64,000 nt of DNA, taken from positions 372,001 to 436,000 of the forward strand of contig LSRY02000002.1 of the NCBI GenBank assembly GCA_001643675.2. Direction: 5' to 3'. Within the stretch, counting starts at the first letter, position 1, and every line of letters starts with the position of its first letter. This DNA is from Monocercomonoides exilis PA203. Its lineage: Eukaryota > Protista > Preaxostyla. The notes below the pieces were generated by a model. That model did no database searches, was not told where the DNA came from, and worked only from the letters and a program-made list of their open reading frames with translations. A program made the translations under genes and the position numbers. Positions 43,629 through 55,451 of this stretch are shown piece by piece.

Positions 43629-45928
43629 ATGTCTTTTTTATGTTTCTCTTCTGATGCACAAATAGCTTCAGCTTCAAACAGAAATGAATCGAGATATTCA
43701 AACTTTACAAATTCTAACGAGCAAGGAAAGCTACGCAAAAGAAGAGAAGAAGCGTCTTCCGTATTGAGAAGCGGAAATAGAGCAGATTTGTTATTAAAAA
43801 GAAGAGTTATCGGTGATACTGAACAACAACTTGAAGACCATAAAGAAAAGGTTTTTAAAGATTAGTTAATTCGAAAAATTATTAAAATTTTCATTTTTTA
43901 TTTTACCAAATATTAATATTTTTCTCTTTGTGAAGACAAGAAAAATTCCAGAATTATTCGAACAACTATCCTCATCAGATGAAACGGTAATTATGAATGC
44001 GCTTGCACAACTACGAGGCTATACTTCTAATGGTATGATTTTTTTTTTTTTTTTTGATTTGAAAATTGTTTTAAAGAACAGGACAAATTGTCTGACACCA
44101 TTGTAGAATATAATATTGCAGATATTATAATAAAGATATTAAGACTAAATGGTCAAGAAATTCAAATTCAAGCGCTTTGGTTGATAGGAAATATATGTAT
44201 GGTTGTGTATTCCTAAAATCCTTTTTTGAGTTTAACATTTGATTCAGTATGTACAGCAACCAAGACACGCACACAGAATATATGCTCAAGTAATATTTTT
44301 GCTGAAGTCAATCGACTATTGGATTCTGAAAATGCAAAAGTTCGTGAGACCGCAACATGGGTACTTGGATTGTTAGTGGCCGAAAGTGACGAAAAGGCAG
44401 AGTTACTGATAAAAAGTGGAGTTGCAGAAAAAATCATAAAGCAGCTGGTTGATTGGGAAAGCGCAAAATATTTCTCTGAATCTTCTTCATCTTCGGACCC
44501 AATTCAAACTTTCACCACTTCCATTTCAGAATCTGTTTCTTCTGAGTTATCATCAATATTCACTTCCCTGTTTTTTGCTGCCTGCATATCTCAGATTCAT
44601 CCAAATACTCCGTTTTTGCTATTAGCAATTCCTTCTGCTTGCATGATTTTAACGCATTTTATGAAAAATCCATTTCAAGTTAGAGATGCTCTTGTTTTTT
44701 TAAATGAAGAAGTTTCATTGACAGAAAATTTTATAGAGGTTTGGTATTGTAATTTTAATCTTTTTTTGAAGTATTTTAATTTTATGTTAAGTTCATGAAA
44801 GGTATTAACATCATAGCCAGTTTGTGTTTGCTTTTGGTAGATGAAGACGAAACAGTCATATGCTTATGTTTGAGGATATTGGCTCAGTTAGTCTATCTCT
44901 CTGATAGCTTTTCTGATGTATGAACAAATTATTATTTAAAATTTCTCCTATCAGCATGAATATTTGTTGATTTCGTGCTAAAGCTTTTGATTAGTTCGGG
45001 TTCAATCCCGATTGTTGTGAAGCTGGCGTCGCATTCAAATCCATCGATTGCCAAAGAGGCTCTCTGGCTAATTGCAAATATTGTTGGATGTTCTGATCAA
45101 ATTCACACTTCAGTCGTGCTGACTTCGCATGGATTGGAGCCTGTCTTGTCTGTTCTCAAAGAGCTTGACTCGCAAACAGCATTGAAAATGGAAGCCATGA
45201 GAGTGTTAACTAATGTTGTTGCATCGTCTCAATGGGAGAATTTGTCTTTTTTGGCAAATGCTGGTTGCATGAGAGTTCTGTGTGAATGTTTAAAAAAACA
45301 AGATGAAGAAATTACAAGGGATGCTGTAGTGATAATTTGGAAGCTGCTTGTATTTGGTGAAAAAGAAATGCGACTTATCGAAGAAGGATTGCTTCCAGTT
45401 CCTTCGTGCGACAGAACAATGGAAGAGGACGTGAGTTCTTCCACTCAACCTTCGTCTGCTGCATGTGCAACCGATACGGTCATGTCTTCATCGTCTTCTT
45501 CTTCTGCCAATTCTTCTTTTTCTTCGTCGTTTTGTTCATCATCAGGAAAATCGATTAGAGTGTTGTCATCTTGCTCCTCAGCTTGTTCTCCTTCATCACC
45601 ATCCATTCAATCGCTTGCGGAGTTCCAGAGGAAATATCGGATGTACCGCAACAACAGATTGCTGGCTGAGTTAGATTCAACAAACGCAGATGTTACCATT
45701 CACCAGCTTACAAAATCAAAGGATAAGATTCTACGTTCTGTTGCTCAGGAGTTAGAAAGGCGTTTTCTTCGAGTGTTGTTCAACGACGAAGATGAATGTG
45801 AAGATGAAGAAGAGGTGGAGGAGGAGGATGAAGATGAAGAAGATGATGATGACGACGAGCAATGGGAATGCAATTTGGAAGATATCACAGAAACGCATGA
45901 TGGTTCAAGTGAAGTAGTTATGGAATGA
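43629..45928 (+). CDS. Divergent importin-alpha-like ARM-repeat protein, ~6 exons
   Basis: IBB-like SRYSNF..LRKRREEASSVLRSGNRADLLLKRR; ARM helices ALWLIGNI, ATWVLGLL, KEALWLIANIV, EAMRVLTNVV; acidic C-tail. Introns starting near 43851, 44032, 44197, 44739 and 44918 preserve frame. Confidence 0.8.
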
Positions 45929-46596
45929 AACTATCTTTGAAAAAATGAAGAAATTTGTAGTGTTTTTCAAAATTAATCATTTCAAATAGTTGTTAAATAT
46001 TTAATTAGATTTATTAATTTTCTGTATTTGCTTGAAAATATAGATATGCAAAGTCCATTAAAATTTTTGAGTTACAAAATAATTATTCGAATTATACAAA
46101 AAAACAGCGCATAATTCCACATACCCCGTAAGCTGAAATGAAATTAACAAATGAAAATCATCCTCTGGAAATGACAAAATTAAGAAAAGAAAAAATTAAA
46201 GTTAAAAGAATTAATACTAAAAGCAAATAAAAAGAACTCCAAAACATGACGTTATTAATAAAGAGCTCTCTTGCAATTCAAATGCATTTCAATCGCTTTA
46301 TCACAACTTTCAAAAAAAAAAAAACTTTTTTTTCATCTTCTTCAACAAAGAGGACATTCTGTAAAAAAGCACTCTTTGAGTTAGAACAATTAAAAAAAAC
46401 ATAAATTTGATTTTTCATCCAGTAAGTCATTCGACAATTAGAGACTGAAAAAGACAATTTCAAACAAACATAAAGCGAGATTTACATATCTGTTAATTGA
46501 ATTATTGGCCCTGAAACTAATTTCAATGTAATCTAACAAATTATCTCCTTTTTTCTTGTTGTTTTGTTTTTCTTTTATTCAACAAGCAATATATTT

Positions 46597-49500
46597 TCAT
46601 TCTTCGAGAAAAGGTGCTTGTGTATCGAAGGGGATAAGATAAAGACGATATTCATCAGGAAAAGCACCTTGATGAAAAGAGCTGAATTGATGCGATCGAG
46701 CACGAGCTGCAAGTTCCAGAGGTGAGAGATTGGAGTTTGGCTGAACAAATGCGTCTTCAATAATCTTTTTATTGGTATCTTGCCCGCTCGAAGACAACGA
46801 ATTTTGTGAAAGAGTTGGCGATCCTACTTTGTAGCTAAAGAAATTATCTGAATTTATTGAAAAAGACAGAGGAGACAACCCGGGCGTATTCAAAGAAGGA
46901 GATGGAATAAAATCTGGTATGAGGGGTGAGTTTTCCGTTGGTTCTGAAGACTTTTTTGAATTCAAATGAGACTTATTGGAGATAGCTTTGGATTTTCTCC
47001 GTTTAACCTTAATGAAAACAATAATAGTAACTATTACAATTGTTACTCCACTGAAAGCTCCAATTAAAATTGGTAATATTATTTTCTTTAAATGATCAAT
47101 ATCATTGTTGTGTGGTTCAGACGACATCAACAAGATGCTGTTCGTTTCCACATATCGCTTTGTGTGAGTGTTCTTGAATAAAATGCATACAGATGCATTT
47201 GAATCCTTATCCATGCTATCAAAAGCGTCGCATGGAAAATATGTGAAATAATCTGTCTCGTTGCATGATTGTGAGTTATTTTCCTCATTCGCCTCAAGTT
47301 CATGTGAATATGTCTTTCTTTCTTTGTTAACGAAGGTTATAATTTGAAAGAAAATGTCGCATGGCAAAAGCAGTTTCCCTTTCAAACTTAGTTGACATTT
47401 ACCATCAACCTTCTCCCACGTGGCTCCACTTAAACTCGGCTCAAAGAGCCAGTTCGTTCTTTCTGATATGACTGCTCCTTTTGCTGTGCAATTTTCTTTG
47501 CACAGCAACCACAGTGGAATATGTGGCTGAGACCCATCCCCAGTCAGCAGTGAATCAATCTGGATGCTTCCTTCGTTGCAACGGATGTTTTTCCTAAAAG
47601 ATGGGAATGAATGTGAAGATGGTTTGTTTTCTTCAAAAATTGATTGGCGAATGATAATAAATCCTTTTTGAATATCCATAGCTCCGATTTCCAAATGCGA
47701 AAAATTACAATAATTAAATTCTGCGTTCGATTCCTGGATTTTTAATGCTCCACCATTCCATGAACATAACGAAGAATCTTTATCAAACATGAGAAAAGCT
47801 TGATCATTATTGCTGAAATTCTTGCTTTCAATTTGCTCAGATTCTTTATTGAAGTGGTCCAAGGCTGTTTCGTCAGTCAAAAAGTCAGAAAATGAGCATC
47901 TGGAGAAATTGGCATCTGTGTTCTTCAACTGGATGGCACAAAGTGTTTTCGTAAATTCATGATCGATTAATAAGGTATTGAAATTACATGAATCAAAATT
48001 TACAAAGAAAGATGGAGCATTTATAAATATAAGGTAAGTTGTGCTGATAGCTGAAACATCTTTGACATTTATCGAATATAATGAAATAGATCCTTTATCT
48101 GATGGAAGGTTATTCTCCAAAACATCGTTCACAATAGTAATAATATTGGAGTTTGTTAAATCACAGGTTTGTAACGATATTTCACCTATCGATATGGGTT
48201 CAATGTTTTCACTTGAAGTGAAATTCACATTTAAAAGTAATCCATTAATAATTGACACGTTTCTCAAGCTAATTTTCTGCATGCTTATAGCATTATTATT
48301 AATAATATTGATAACTTTTCCCATAAATGAGCAATCAAAAAACGAAATGTTTCTCAGTGATAGGGTTCCTCTGTTGGAATAAAACAGTGTGATTTTTAAA
48401 AATACTGGATTAAATATTATGTTGTCCTCTCGTTCATTTGAAGAAGAACAGCCAGTGATTCCATCAGCAACAGAAAGACGTGTGTTAGTATTTAAAGTTT
48501 GCGACTCCGCTGAATCCGAGTGCCTTCCAAAATGTGGAGAAGATTCAAAATGAAGATCATCTGTTCTTGTTGAAAATTGACACGTAACAACAGTAAGTTC
48601 TCCTTGTTGTATGAAAAAAAAGCATTTCTCCGAAAAGTCAAATTTCTCGGTAAAAACAAAAGAGAATCCGGTAAAAGAGACGTTTTTGTTGCAAATAATG
48701 ACTCCATCACACTTGAAATTTGGCTGAATTTTCACATTCATCAACACTTCATGGCAATTAATCACATCAGAACTGATAATGGTTGTATCATATACGTTGC
48801 AAACTTGCTCTATTGAAGATGTTGTCTGAACAATCAGAGTGCTCCTCTCGGTAGGCTCCAAGTGAGAAATACCCAATGACAGTGTGGAGCAGGGATTTTT
48901 GTCAGAACCGCAGTTTGTACTTGTGCTTGAGCTCTTGTTGACATATATAATAGAAGCGCGATACCAAATGTAATTCTTGATTACATCAATAACAAACTCA
49001 GATTTGTCTTTGGCCATAAATGAGTTATCAGTATTGCTAAACATTTTCCGTGAGAGTTGGAACTGACTTTCAGAAAGCTGAGAAGTGCAATTATTACAAA
49101 AAACGTAGCAATCATGTCCGATTTCTGCGTAGTTGTCTATAAAATTGATGATCTGAAAAAAAAACGGAAGCTTATTATTTGGTGAAAGATTAGACCCATC
49201 AAAGTACATCGCTCCTCCAAATGAATTGCCATCGGCGTTTCCCAATTCAGGCATTTTGCATATTTCGCATGTTTCAAAGGTTGAAGTAGTAATTGAATAA
49301 TAACATGAATTCCCAAAATGAAATTTAAGGACTCCTCCTGATTCGCTATTGCTGCTTTGCAGTGATGAGAAATTGGTTTCTGAAAATAAAATAAAAATCC
49401 CATTTTTCTCATTTGGTGTAGGGAAATTTGCAACAACTGGATCAACTGATGTTGAAGAAAGCTGACAAAAGATGGATTTGTTACAAGTTAGCATTTCTGG

Positions 49501-51702
49501 ATAAAAACTTGTAGAAAATACTGAGGCATCAGAAAATATCAAATTCTCGATTTCCACTCCTTGTAAATCAAGAAATCTGGTTTCCCCTGAAAATACAGAT
49601 CTGGAGTAAGTACCCTCATGCGTCGGTGCAACAGTAACATTGTTCAATTGAACGACCGACTGATTATAAATGTTGAAAATTGGAAAATCGTTAGACGGAG
49701 ATTTTTGATAGCCATATAAAATCGTCCAGTTAATGAAATGAAAATCTAGTGCTGAAACGACAAGTAACGCCTCAATTTCAAAAGTTGGCTGAGGCAAGGA
49801 ATATGTTGTAATTGAAACGTCTTTTCTCTCTCCAATCATTTTCATAGTGTTTCTGTCGCATTGCAATGGAAGGGTTTCTGTTGAATAATATCCACCGTAA
49901 GCAAAAAGTTGAAAATGATTTTCTGGATAATTAAGATCCAATGCTTCTGAAATCTTTTTGCAAGGCTTAGATTGATTCAGCCCGCAAAGTTTTCCATCAT
50001 ATTCACTTTTTGTATCAACGTAAATTGTGTCTATCATGTTCATTCCTTGACAATCAATGCCTACACAAACTCCCTTGACTCTGACAATAATTGTCGAGTG
50101 TGTTTTGTGAGTAGTAAATGAATTAGCAAAGATAATACTACTTTTATTCAGAATATTATTTTCATCGCTTATCATCACGTCATGCACAGAAATAAAAATG
50201 CCATCTACTCTCAAGTTATCTTCAAATAAGCAATAGTTAAATAAAATATGCTCTTCATCTGTCAATGCAATGTTTGCAGTTGATGCCCCGATCCCGCCAG
50301 AATAGCGAGATTTACAGCCAAAAAAAAAGCACTCGCTAATTCCACATTGTGCTCTCATATCAGGTACATCGTAGTAGATTCCCCCTCCAACACTGTTCAA
50401 TGATATCATGCAATGGCAATTAATAAAGGAGCAATTAAATACCAATGTTTCAACGATTTTGTCAGAATACGTAGGGATAATTAAACTATTAGTGTCTGCA
50501 GTAGTCGGCAACAAAGAAGGCGAAGATGTGATTGCTTTCATCTGTTGTGACGTCATTGTGGATTCAAAATAGATAGCACCTCCACATAATGCGGATTCGC
50601 ACTCACGGAATGAACAGCCTTCAATTAGAAATGATTGACTCACATCAATTGCAAAGATTGCTCCTCCAGAGAAAATATCATTCCCAGTTAACCAGCTTAT
50701 TCCTGTCGTGCAATAACTCCCTGATAAATTTTTTATACTGAGTAAAAGAATTTTGTTGCAATAAAGAAATCCACCTTCAAAGGAACTTTTGCAATATTCT
50801 GCTTTGCAATCCAAAATATATAGTGACGTCTTCAAGCAATTCGATATAAAAATGCCTCCGCCACATGAAGATGGATCATTTCCTTCATTTCCTGATTTAG
50901 CTGAGCACGACAAAAATTCGTCTAACTTGAATGTAAACTCTGATTCATTTGTTAGAATTGTTTGTTTTGTGTAATTTGTTTGTATTGCCGAACATCTGAC
51001 ATAACTATTGTTAAATGAAGAATAATGAATGATATGTCCTGAATGTTCTGAATAATCTCCACAAAATCGGCAAATTGATGAGGTTTTTTCGAAAATATTA
51101 GAAATAAGATTTGCATTATCAGATGAAAAGTGATTTTGAAGACTTTCAGAAGCACTGCTTATAGTAATGTTTTGAAAAGACGACTCTGAAATGGTTAAAT
51201 AAGATCCCCATGATCCAGCAATGAAGAACGGTAATTGATGTGATATTTTTTGATTTGAAAATGTAAATTGAAGTATTTGTAGTGATCTGAAATGATGTTG
51301 AGATGAAATGAGAGAAGTTAAAGATAAATCACAGAAATGTGTTTGTATGATTGAAACGTTTGTGAATTGTGTGTTTCCTTCTATGCAAAATGGTGCAGAT
51401 TTGCGTGTTTTTGTTGAAATAAAAGAATTTTTTAAAGAAAAGTTTGAAGCTTGGCTAATGAAGAAGTGATAATTGTCTTGAGGCAAATATAAATTGCAGA
51501 CACCCATCAGAATTGTTGAATTGACCACATTGCAAAAATGCTTCTTGCTTGAAATAGAAGTATTCCCATGAAAGCAAAGATATGAACAGAAAGTTTTGAA
51601 AAATATGCACTCCCTTTCATTGAATGAATTATTCGGAGAAAATAAAGAATCTGCATAGAAAATAAAAAACCCGAATAACGTTGCAAAAAGTATGTATTGC
51701 AT
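46597..51702 (-). CDS. Type I membrane surface protein, 1701 aa, beta-helix ectodomain, Ser/Pro-rich tail
   Basis: Signal peptide; GGA/GGG repeats; CG..PC modules; LCSWNGG...FPSFRKNIRC...GKLLLPC juxtamembrane block; TM IILPILIGAFSGVTIVIVTIIVFI followed by KVKRRK. Confidence 0.9.
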   Translation of the reverse strand: MQYILFATLFGFFIFYADSLFSPNNSFNERECIFFKTFCSYLCFHGNTSISSKKHFCNVVNSTILMGVCNLYLPQDNYHFFISQASNFSLKNSFISTKTRKSAPFCIEGNTQFTNVSIIQTHFCDLSLTSLISSQHHFRSLQILQFTFSNQKISHQLPFFIAGSWGSYLTISESSFQNITISSASESLQNHFSSDNANLISNIFEKTSSICRFCGDYSEHSGHIIHYSSFNNSYVRCSAIQTNYTKQTILTNESEFTFKLDEFLSCSAKSGNEGNDPSSCGGGIFISNCLKTSLYILDCKAEYCKSSFEGGFLYCNKILLLSIKNLSGSYCTTGISWLTGNDIFSGGAIFAIDVSQSFLIEGCSFRECESALCGGAIYFESTMTSQQMKAITSSPSLLPTTADTNSLIIPTYSDKIVETLVFNCSFINCHCMISLNSVGGGIYYDVPDMRAQCGISECFFFGCKSRYSGGIGASTANIALTDEEHILFNYCLFEDNLRVDGIFISVHDVMISDENNILNKSSIIFANSFTTHKTHSTIIVRVKGVCVGIDCQGMNMIDTIYVDTKSEYDGKLCGLNQSKPCKKISEALDLNYPENHFQLFAYGGYYSTETLPLQCDRNTMKMIGERKDVSITTYSLPQPTFEIEALLVVSALDFHFINWTILYGYQKSPSNDFPIFNIYNQSVVQLNNVTVAPTHEGTYSRSVFSGETRFLDLQGVEIENLIFSDASVFSTSFYPEMLTCNKSIFCQLSSTSVDPVVANFPTPNEKNGIFILFSETNFSSLQSSNSESGGVLKFHFGNSCYYSITTSTFETCEICKMPELGNADGNSFGGAMYFDGSNLSPNNKLPFFFQIINFIDNYAEIGHDCYVFCNNCTSQLSESQFQLSRKMFSNTDNSFMAKDKSEFVIDVIKNYIWYRASIIYVNKSSSTSTNCGSDKNPCSTLSLGISHLEPTERSTLIVQTTSSIEQVCNVYDTTIISSDVINCHEVLMNVKIQPNFKCDGVIICNKNVSFTGFSFVFTEKFDFSEKCFFFIQQGELTVVTCQFSTRTDDLHFESSPHFGRHSDSAESQTLNTNTRLSVADGITGCSSSNEREDNIIFNPVFLKITLFYSNRGTLSLRNISFFDCSFMGKVINIINNNAISMQKISLRNVSIINGLLLNVNFTSSENIEPISIGEISLQTCDLTNSNIITIVNDVLENNLPSDKGSISLYSINVKDVSAISTTYLIFINAPSFFVNFDSCNFNTLLIDHEFTKTLCAIQLKNTDANFSRCSFSDFLTDETALDHFNKESEQIESKNFSNNDQAFLMFDKDSSLCSWNGGALKIQESNAEFNYCNFSHLEIGAMDIQKGFIIIRQSIFEENKPSSHSFPSFRKNIRCNEGSIQIDSLLTGDGSQPHIPLWLLCKENCTAKGAVISERTNWLFEPSLSGATWEKVDGKCQLSLKGKLLLPCDIFFQIITFVNKERKTYSHELEANEENNSQSCNETDYFTYFPCDAFDSMDKDSNASVCILFKNTHTKRYVETNSILLMSSEPHNNDIDHLKKIILPILIGAFSGVTIVIVTIIVFIKVKRRKSKAISNKSHLNSKKSSEPTENSPLIPDFIPSPSLNTPGLSPLSFSINSDNFFSYKVGSPTLSQNSLSSSGQDTNKKIIEDAFVQPNSNLSPLELAARARSHQFSSFHQGAFPDEYRLYLIPFDTQAPFLEE

Positions 51703-52246
51703 AACAATTATTCAAGGGAATTAATCAGTTCAATTCAATTATGAAAATTTCCAAAAGCTTCACAATTAATTCATGTTTTTAAAAATGTTTTCAAATTTTT
51801 AATTATTTTCTAATTGAAATAATAAATATACCTCAATTTCTCTACTTGTATTCCAGAATAATCAACAATATGTGAATTTTTTTTATTATAATGGGGAAAT
51901 TTTCTATTTTCTCAAAAACAGAAAAACAGTGTGATGTTGATTAATCGTTTTGTGGTGTGTTATAAAATTATTAGAAAAAATTAAAAATGAACATATTTTG
52001 ATGATGAAGAAGGAATTATGAACATAAAATATTTTTCATTTTTTTTTATTAATACGTTTTTTCAAAAATTGAGTTCATCTTATAATGACAATTGTTTGTG
52101 TATTATATTTAAACAGAATTAACATGTTGGAATATCTGACAATTCCCCCCATATTTATTTTTTCCCTTTTATTCCGAAAAGTACGGGGTGTGGGATAATA
52201 TTGATCTTTTCTGATTATTGTTGAATATTTCTTCCGAAATAAACAG

Positions 52247-53965
52247 ATGCTGACAATAATTGCTGCTTTCATTGGATTTTTATATGCCAATTATGATTTA
52301 CGTTCTTTTGTATCGATAGATAGTAGAGAGGAAATGGAAACAGATTCTGTTATCATACCTAAAGGAATTTTTGATTCAAGCAGTATTGATGTTGTCGACC
52401 GATCTTTTTCACTTATAGGAGAATCAGAATCAAAAATTATTCATGAAGGAATGAATTCAATGTTCAAAGCTATGAATTCAACTTTAAAATTATCTGATGT
52501 TTCCATTGCTTTTGAGTCAAGTGTTCCATTTGCAAAAGTGGATAAATCATCTGAACTTACTTTGTGTAATACAATAATGTTTATAAATTCTCGTTCAAAC
52601 GTTTTGTTCACATCAGGAGGCATTGTGCGTCTTGAAAACGTAAGTTTAAATGGAGGAAACGAATTAAAATCTTTGGTTGGATCTTCGCAAGAGGGAGGAG
52701 AAATTATGGCCGAAAGTTCTCGATTTCTTAATTTACGTGTTCAATTTGGAAATCCCCTGCTCGAAGATCCATTTATTACAGCTTGTAATTTTGTTGATTG
52801 CATATTTTCAAATATAACATGTTGCAATGGAATTGAAATCAAAGAAAGCAATCCTCATACAACTTATGTGAGTGGATGCACATTTGACAGAGTGGAAGAT
52901 GCAATTTATGGTGGAATTGTTTCTGGATTATTTGGAATTGGAGATTTTCGTATGACAAATTGTTCTGTATTTAAAATGACAAGAGCCACTCGCCAAACGA
53001 CTAGACAAATACCCAAAGGAGGCTCCAACGCAACAATTGAAGAGGTATTCTTTAAAGAGTGCAAAGCAGGTGGGGGAGCGAAAGATGTAATGGAAGGATA
53101 TGGAGGTGCAATTTGCTCGAGATCAGATGTTACGTTGTATGTTAGAGGTTGTTCGTTTGTTGGATGCACTGCAAATGGGCAAGGAGGAGCTGTGTTTGCT
53201 GGGAACAGTGGAGGAGCCGTTGAAGATGTTGGAAGTTCTTCAGTAACTGTGAAAGATTCCTATTTCAAAGATTGTTCTTGTGGATCGTATGGAGGTGCTG
53301 TGTTTATTGCAACAAGTCACAAGGAAGTCAGTTTCAAAAGAAATGCCTTCCATAGTTGCATTGCAAAAACAGATGGAGCAGCAGCATATATTCATCTGAA
53401 ACATGAAATGGGTGAATTTGATTCAATAAGATGCTATAATTGTAAAGCAACAGACGGTCGAGCAGCTGTTTTCGTTCATGGCGCAGATAATACAAAATTG
53501 AAATTCCATGATTGCCTTATTTCCGGTTGCGTTTCAAAGCTACAACCTGTTGGTGTTTGCTTCGTATTTGAAAGTGCTGAAGGAGGTAAAAACACATGGA
53601 GCATGAAAACTTCATATTTCATGGATTTAACTTCTTCAACTTCGGGAGCTACGGTCTATGCTGTTGCTGCGTTTCATTCAAAAACAGTTCCTAAGGCAGG
53701 AACTGGAAATGAGTTTGAAGGGACATATGCAAAAGATTCCACTTCTTCTCTCGCTGGATATACAGTAAATGGTATTTCAGCAAGTGTGACTTTCACAAAT
53801 GTTAATAATTTGATTGCTGTCGGAGAGGATAAGAGAACCGATAAAGCAACTGCCGATCCGTTTTTGTCCGATCCTGGAGCAGGATTTTTGACTCTAATCA
53901 CGAGAAAAACTGCAATGTTTTTGACTTTAGTTACAGCAATTATTTCAGCAATGATTATAATCTAG
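52247..53965 (+). CDS. Beta-helix (GGA-repeat) surface protein, 572 aa, C-terminal hydrophobic anchor
   Basis: Signal peptide MLTIIAAFIGFLYA; YGGAIC, GGAVFA, YGGAVF repeats with CSF..C spacing; ends in AMFLTLVTAIISAMIII with no cytoplasmic tail. Confidence 0.88.
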   Translation: MLTIIAAFIGFLYANYDLRSFVSIDSREEMETDSVIIPKGIFDSSSIDVVDRSFSLIGESESKIIHEGMNSMFKAMNSTLKLSDVSIAFESSVPFAKVDKSSELTLCNTIMFINSRSNVLFTSGGIVRLENVSLNGGNELKSLVGSSQEGGEIMAESSRFLNLRVQFGNPLLEDPFITACNFVDCIFSNITCCNGIEIKESNPHTTYVSGCTFDRVEDAIYGGIVSGLFGIGDFRMTNCSVFKMTRATRQTTRQIPKGGSNATIEEVFFKECKAGGGAKDVMEGYGGAICSRSDVTLYVRGCSFVGCTANGQGGAVFAGNSGGAVEDVGSSSVTVKDSYFKDCSCGSYGGAVFIATSHKEVSFKRNAFHSCIAKTDGAAAYIHLKHEMGEFDSIRCYNCKATDGRAAVFVHGADNTKLKFHDCLISGCVSKLQPVGVCFVFESAEGGKNTWSMKTSYFMDLTSSTSGATVYAVAAFHSKTVPKAGTGNEFEGTYAKDSTSSLAGYTVNGISASVTFTNVNNLIAVGEDKRTDKATADPFLSDPGAGFLTLITRKTAMFLTLVTAIISAMIII

Positions 53966-54470
53966 AACTGAACTGTTCTTTTTTGAATTATGTGAAAATT
54001 TTGCTCATTTATAAATCTTTGGGAGATATTATATTTATCTCTCTCTTTATTTATTTTATTTTGCTTTATAAATTTTAAGATATGTATTCTTAAATCATTC
54101 ATGACTGTTCTTTTAATCTGTCAAAATTTTTTAAAACAACAACTTCTTTTCCATGAAAATTTTTGACTATTTAACTGAAATTTTTGTTTTTAATATTAAT
54201 TGGGTTATGTTCTTATAAAGTTCAAAGAATAATTTAAATTAAGAAATTTTGTATTTGGAGTCTTTTATTATAAAATGTATTACAAAAAAGGTCAAATATA
54301 TTTGTTCAAATAAATTCTAAATTTCAATATTTTGTATTACGATAACATTATCCTTTTTTAATGAATGGTGAAGAAATTGAAACGAATTTTTGTTACAAGT
54401 CTTATTAAACATATGAAATTGAAAATATACCTCTGTGACATGACAAAACGCTTGAAGCCTCGTCTGTCAC

Positions 54471-54471
<1 letters not shown>

Positions 54472-54518
<47 letters not shown>
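54472..54518 (+). repeat. Poly(A) homopolymer (~47 nt)
   Basis: Direct read. Similar tracts at 56713-56756 (A-rich) and 37728-37754 (poly-T, intronic). Confidence 0.9.
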
Positions 54519-54522
<4 letters not shown>

Positions 54523-55451
54523 TAATAAAATTAATAAAATTGAAACAAAATAAAACAAACGATAGTTAATTCTTCCAAAGACTTAATAAAGAGCTGTGGA
54601 AAAGATTTGTTGATAGCAACAGAAATATCTATCTTTTTCTATTTTCTCAGTGATTGTCAGTGAAGATCAATGACAAATTGTGACAAAAATATTCCTCAAC
54701 TGACATTTCATGTTGTTACATAACATGTTTGGCACTTGAACATCCTTATTAAAAATCTGATTTTTTCGAAAAATCCGAATTTTTTTGAAAAGATTTTTTT
54801 ATTGAAATTTCTGGTCAACATGAGAATTGAATGTTCTTATCAAATTTTCATTCCAACACACAAAAATTCACCAGATGAGCAACAAATCCTTGACAATGTC
54901 ATTATTTCCAATCCAGTTAAATTTGTTGAAAAGGAACGAAATTTTGATAAAAATTCTCATTTTTCGAATTCATTTGAAAATAAAACAAAAAGAACATTTC
55001 CAAAAATACACAGACATTTTGAAACAAAAAACATTAAAAAATCATAAATTTTTTTCAATGATTTGAATCTTTACAATGATCCACACTCCAAAATAAATAA
55101 ATAAATAAATAATGGTTTTTGATTTCGTGTTTTTTCAAACAAAAAGAATGAATTGAACATTTTTCAAACAATCTTGGAAGTCGAACAAATATTAATGATA
55201 ATGGATAAATTTTAATGAGCAATTACAAGTGTAAAATTTTCATGATTAATAGAAATCTCATATTTCTATGAAATTTTCGTTCTCTCTTTCGAACATTTTC
55301 AAGAATGAATCCAATAATGTTTCTTTGGACATAATTCTATTCCAGTTGGATAACATGAGGGGGAACAGAATTTTTATTAAAAATAGGTTTTTTTTAAGGA
55401 ATTTTTTCGAATTTAACAAACGTGATGAGACAAAAAAAAACTTACCAATTT

